The notes beneath the pieces were generated by a model that was not told the origin of the DNA, did not search any database, and was given only the letters and a program-made list of their open reading frames with translations. The position numbers and the translations under genes were made by a program. This document shows, piece by piece, positions 63,096 to 64,000 of a DNA stretch of 64,000 bases (its first letter is position 1; every line of letters begins with the position of its first letter). The stretch comes from Octopus sinensis (lineage: Eukaryota). The DNA is taken from the NCBI RefSeq assembly GCF_006345805.1, contig NC_043018.1:18042001-18106000 (forward strand), in the 5' to 3' direction.

Positions 63096-64000
63096 CATTA
63101 AGCAAAATAAGCACGTGCTTGAGACATCAACGGACAGGGGTACTACAGAAATGAAAATGGGTTACGGCACGAAAAGAATCACTTTAAACATGCTAAACTA
63201 ATATTCGTAATGCCTTATCTCTGCTAAGTATAGAAGCAGAAGCTTTATGTAAAATAAATTTTAAGGATATCATTGAACACTTTGCAATTAAAAAAAAATG
63301 AAGGAGGAAACTTTTCAAATATAAATAAAATGGAACCATTCACAAATAAACATTATTTTCTGTTTTTGGATTTGGTTTGCAAGATTCTTTATATGAGTTC
63401 GTGTGTTGAAGCATTATTTTCCATTTTACTCTTAACTTTGTTTCATTTTGAAAAATAAAAATCTATTTTATGGTTTATTATCGTTTACATTTTGAACCAT
63501 TTACATATACTTGAAGGCACCAGGATCTTTTAAGTGCTCAGGGACTCTATGCGTCTTAATCCGGCCCTAGTCTGGACCATAGTGGGATACTGTGATATAC
63601 ACATACGCACATATATATATATGTAGTTACTCGTGCGTGTGCAAAAATGAAATTCGTTAAACTGTTTAGAATATTTATAAAAGGAATATATAAATAGATA
63701 TATACATATATAAACCATATTATAATTTTAATGTGATATTTTTCATCCCGTCCACTTAAATGAATGGCTTTCAAGAAATTTATTCGGGTGTCAACAATAT
63801 AAAGCCTGCTTTAGAATATTACATTTTTCAACAAACGCAACAGGTATCTTTGAAATCTATTTACATACAGTCATGCGGTCTCCAAGTCGCTCACTATTAA
63901 CCGTAAATTTTGTATTATTTCTCCAAGAAAGACATTTCTCTTAATTTAAAATTTTCCTTCACTTCATTCAGTACAATATTTCTTAACTTATTTACATATT

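Overview
Eukaryotic, AT-rich, repeat-dominated genomic DNA with one 100-N assembly gap (23220-23319). No prokaryotic features, CRISPR array, rRNA or intact tRNA gene were seen. The SINE families and the (TA)n/(GATA)n load look like an octopus (cephalopod) genome; this is inference from memory of the repeats, not a database hit. Most ORFs in the supplied track are microsatellite or SINE artefacts. The window contains: (i) about 25 copies of four tRNA-derived SINE families, here called SINE-A to D, several with clean 10-13 bp TSDs; (ii) three non-autonomous Helitrons, two joined head-to-tail; (iii) decayed RTE, CR1-like and Tx1/L1-like LINE ends, two Tc1/mariner remnants, a decayed Ty3/Gypsy pol and a 1148-bp solo LTR; (iv) several Penelope-like terminal fragments with minimal type I hammerhead ribozyme folds, some with non-canonical cores; (v) foldback/hairpin elements and a 33-bp minisatellite; (vi) a few small candidate exons, mostly on the minus strand, of an unidentified large-intron gene. 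The most interesting signals are a SINE whose 3' tail matches a Tx1/L1-like LINE in the same window and which forms fixed-junction tandem arrays, the variant hammerheads (G3-C8 swap, A6U), and the modular head/tail shuffling among the SINEs. Family names and protein motifs are recognised by eye and need confirmation by alignment.
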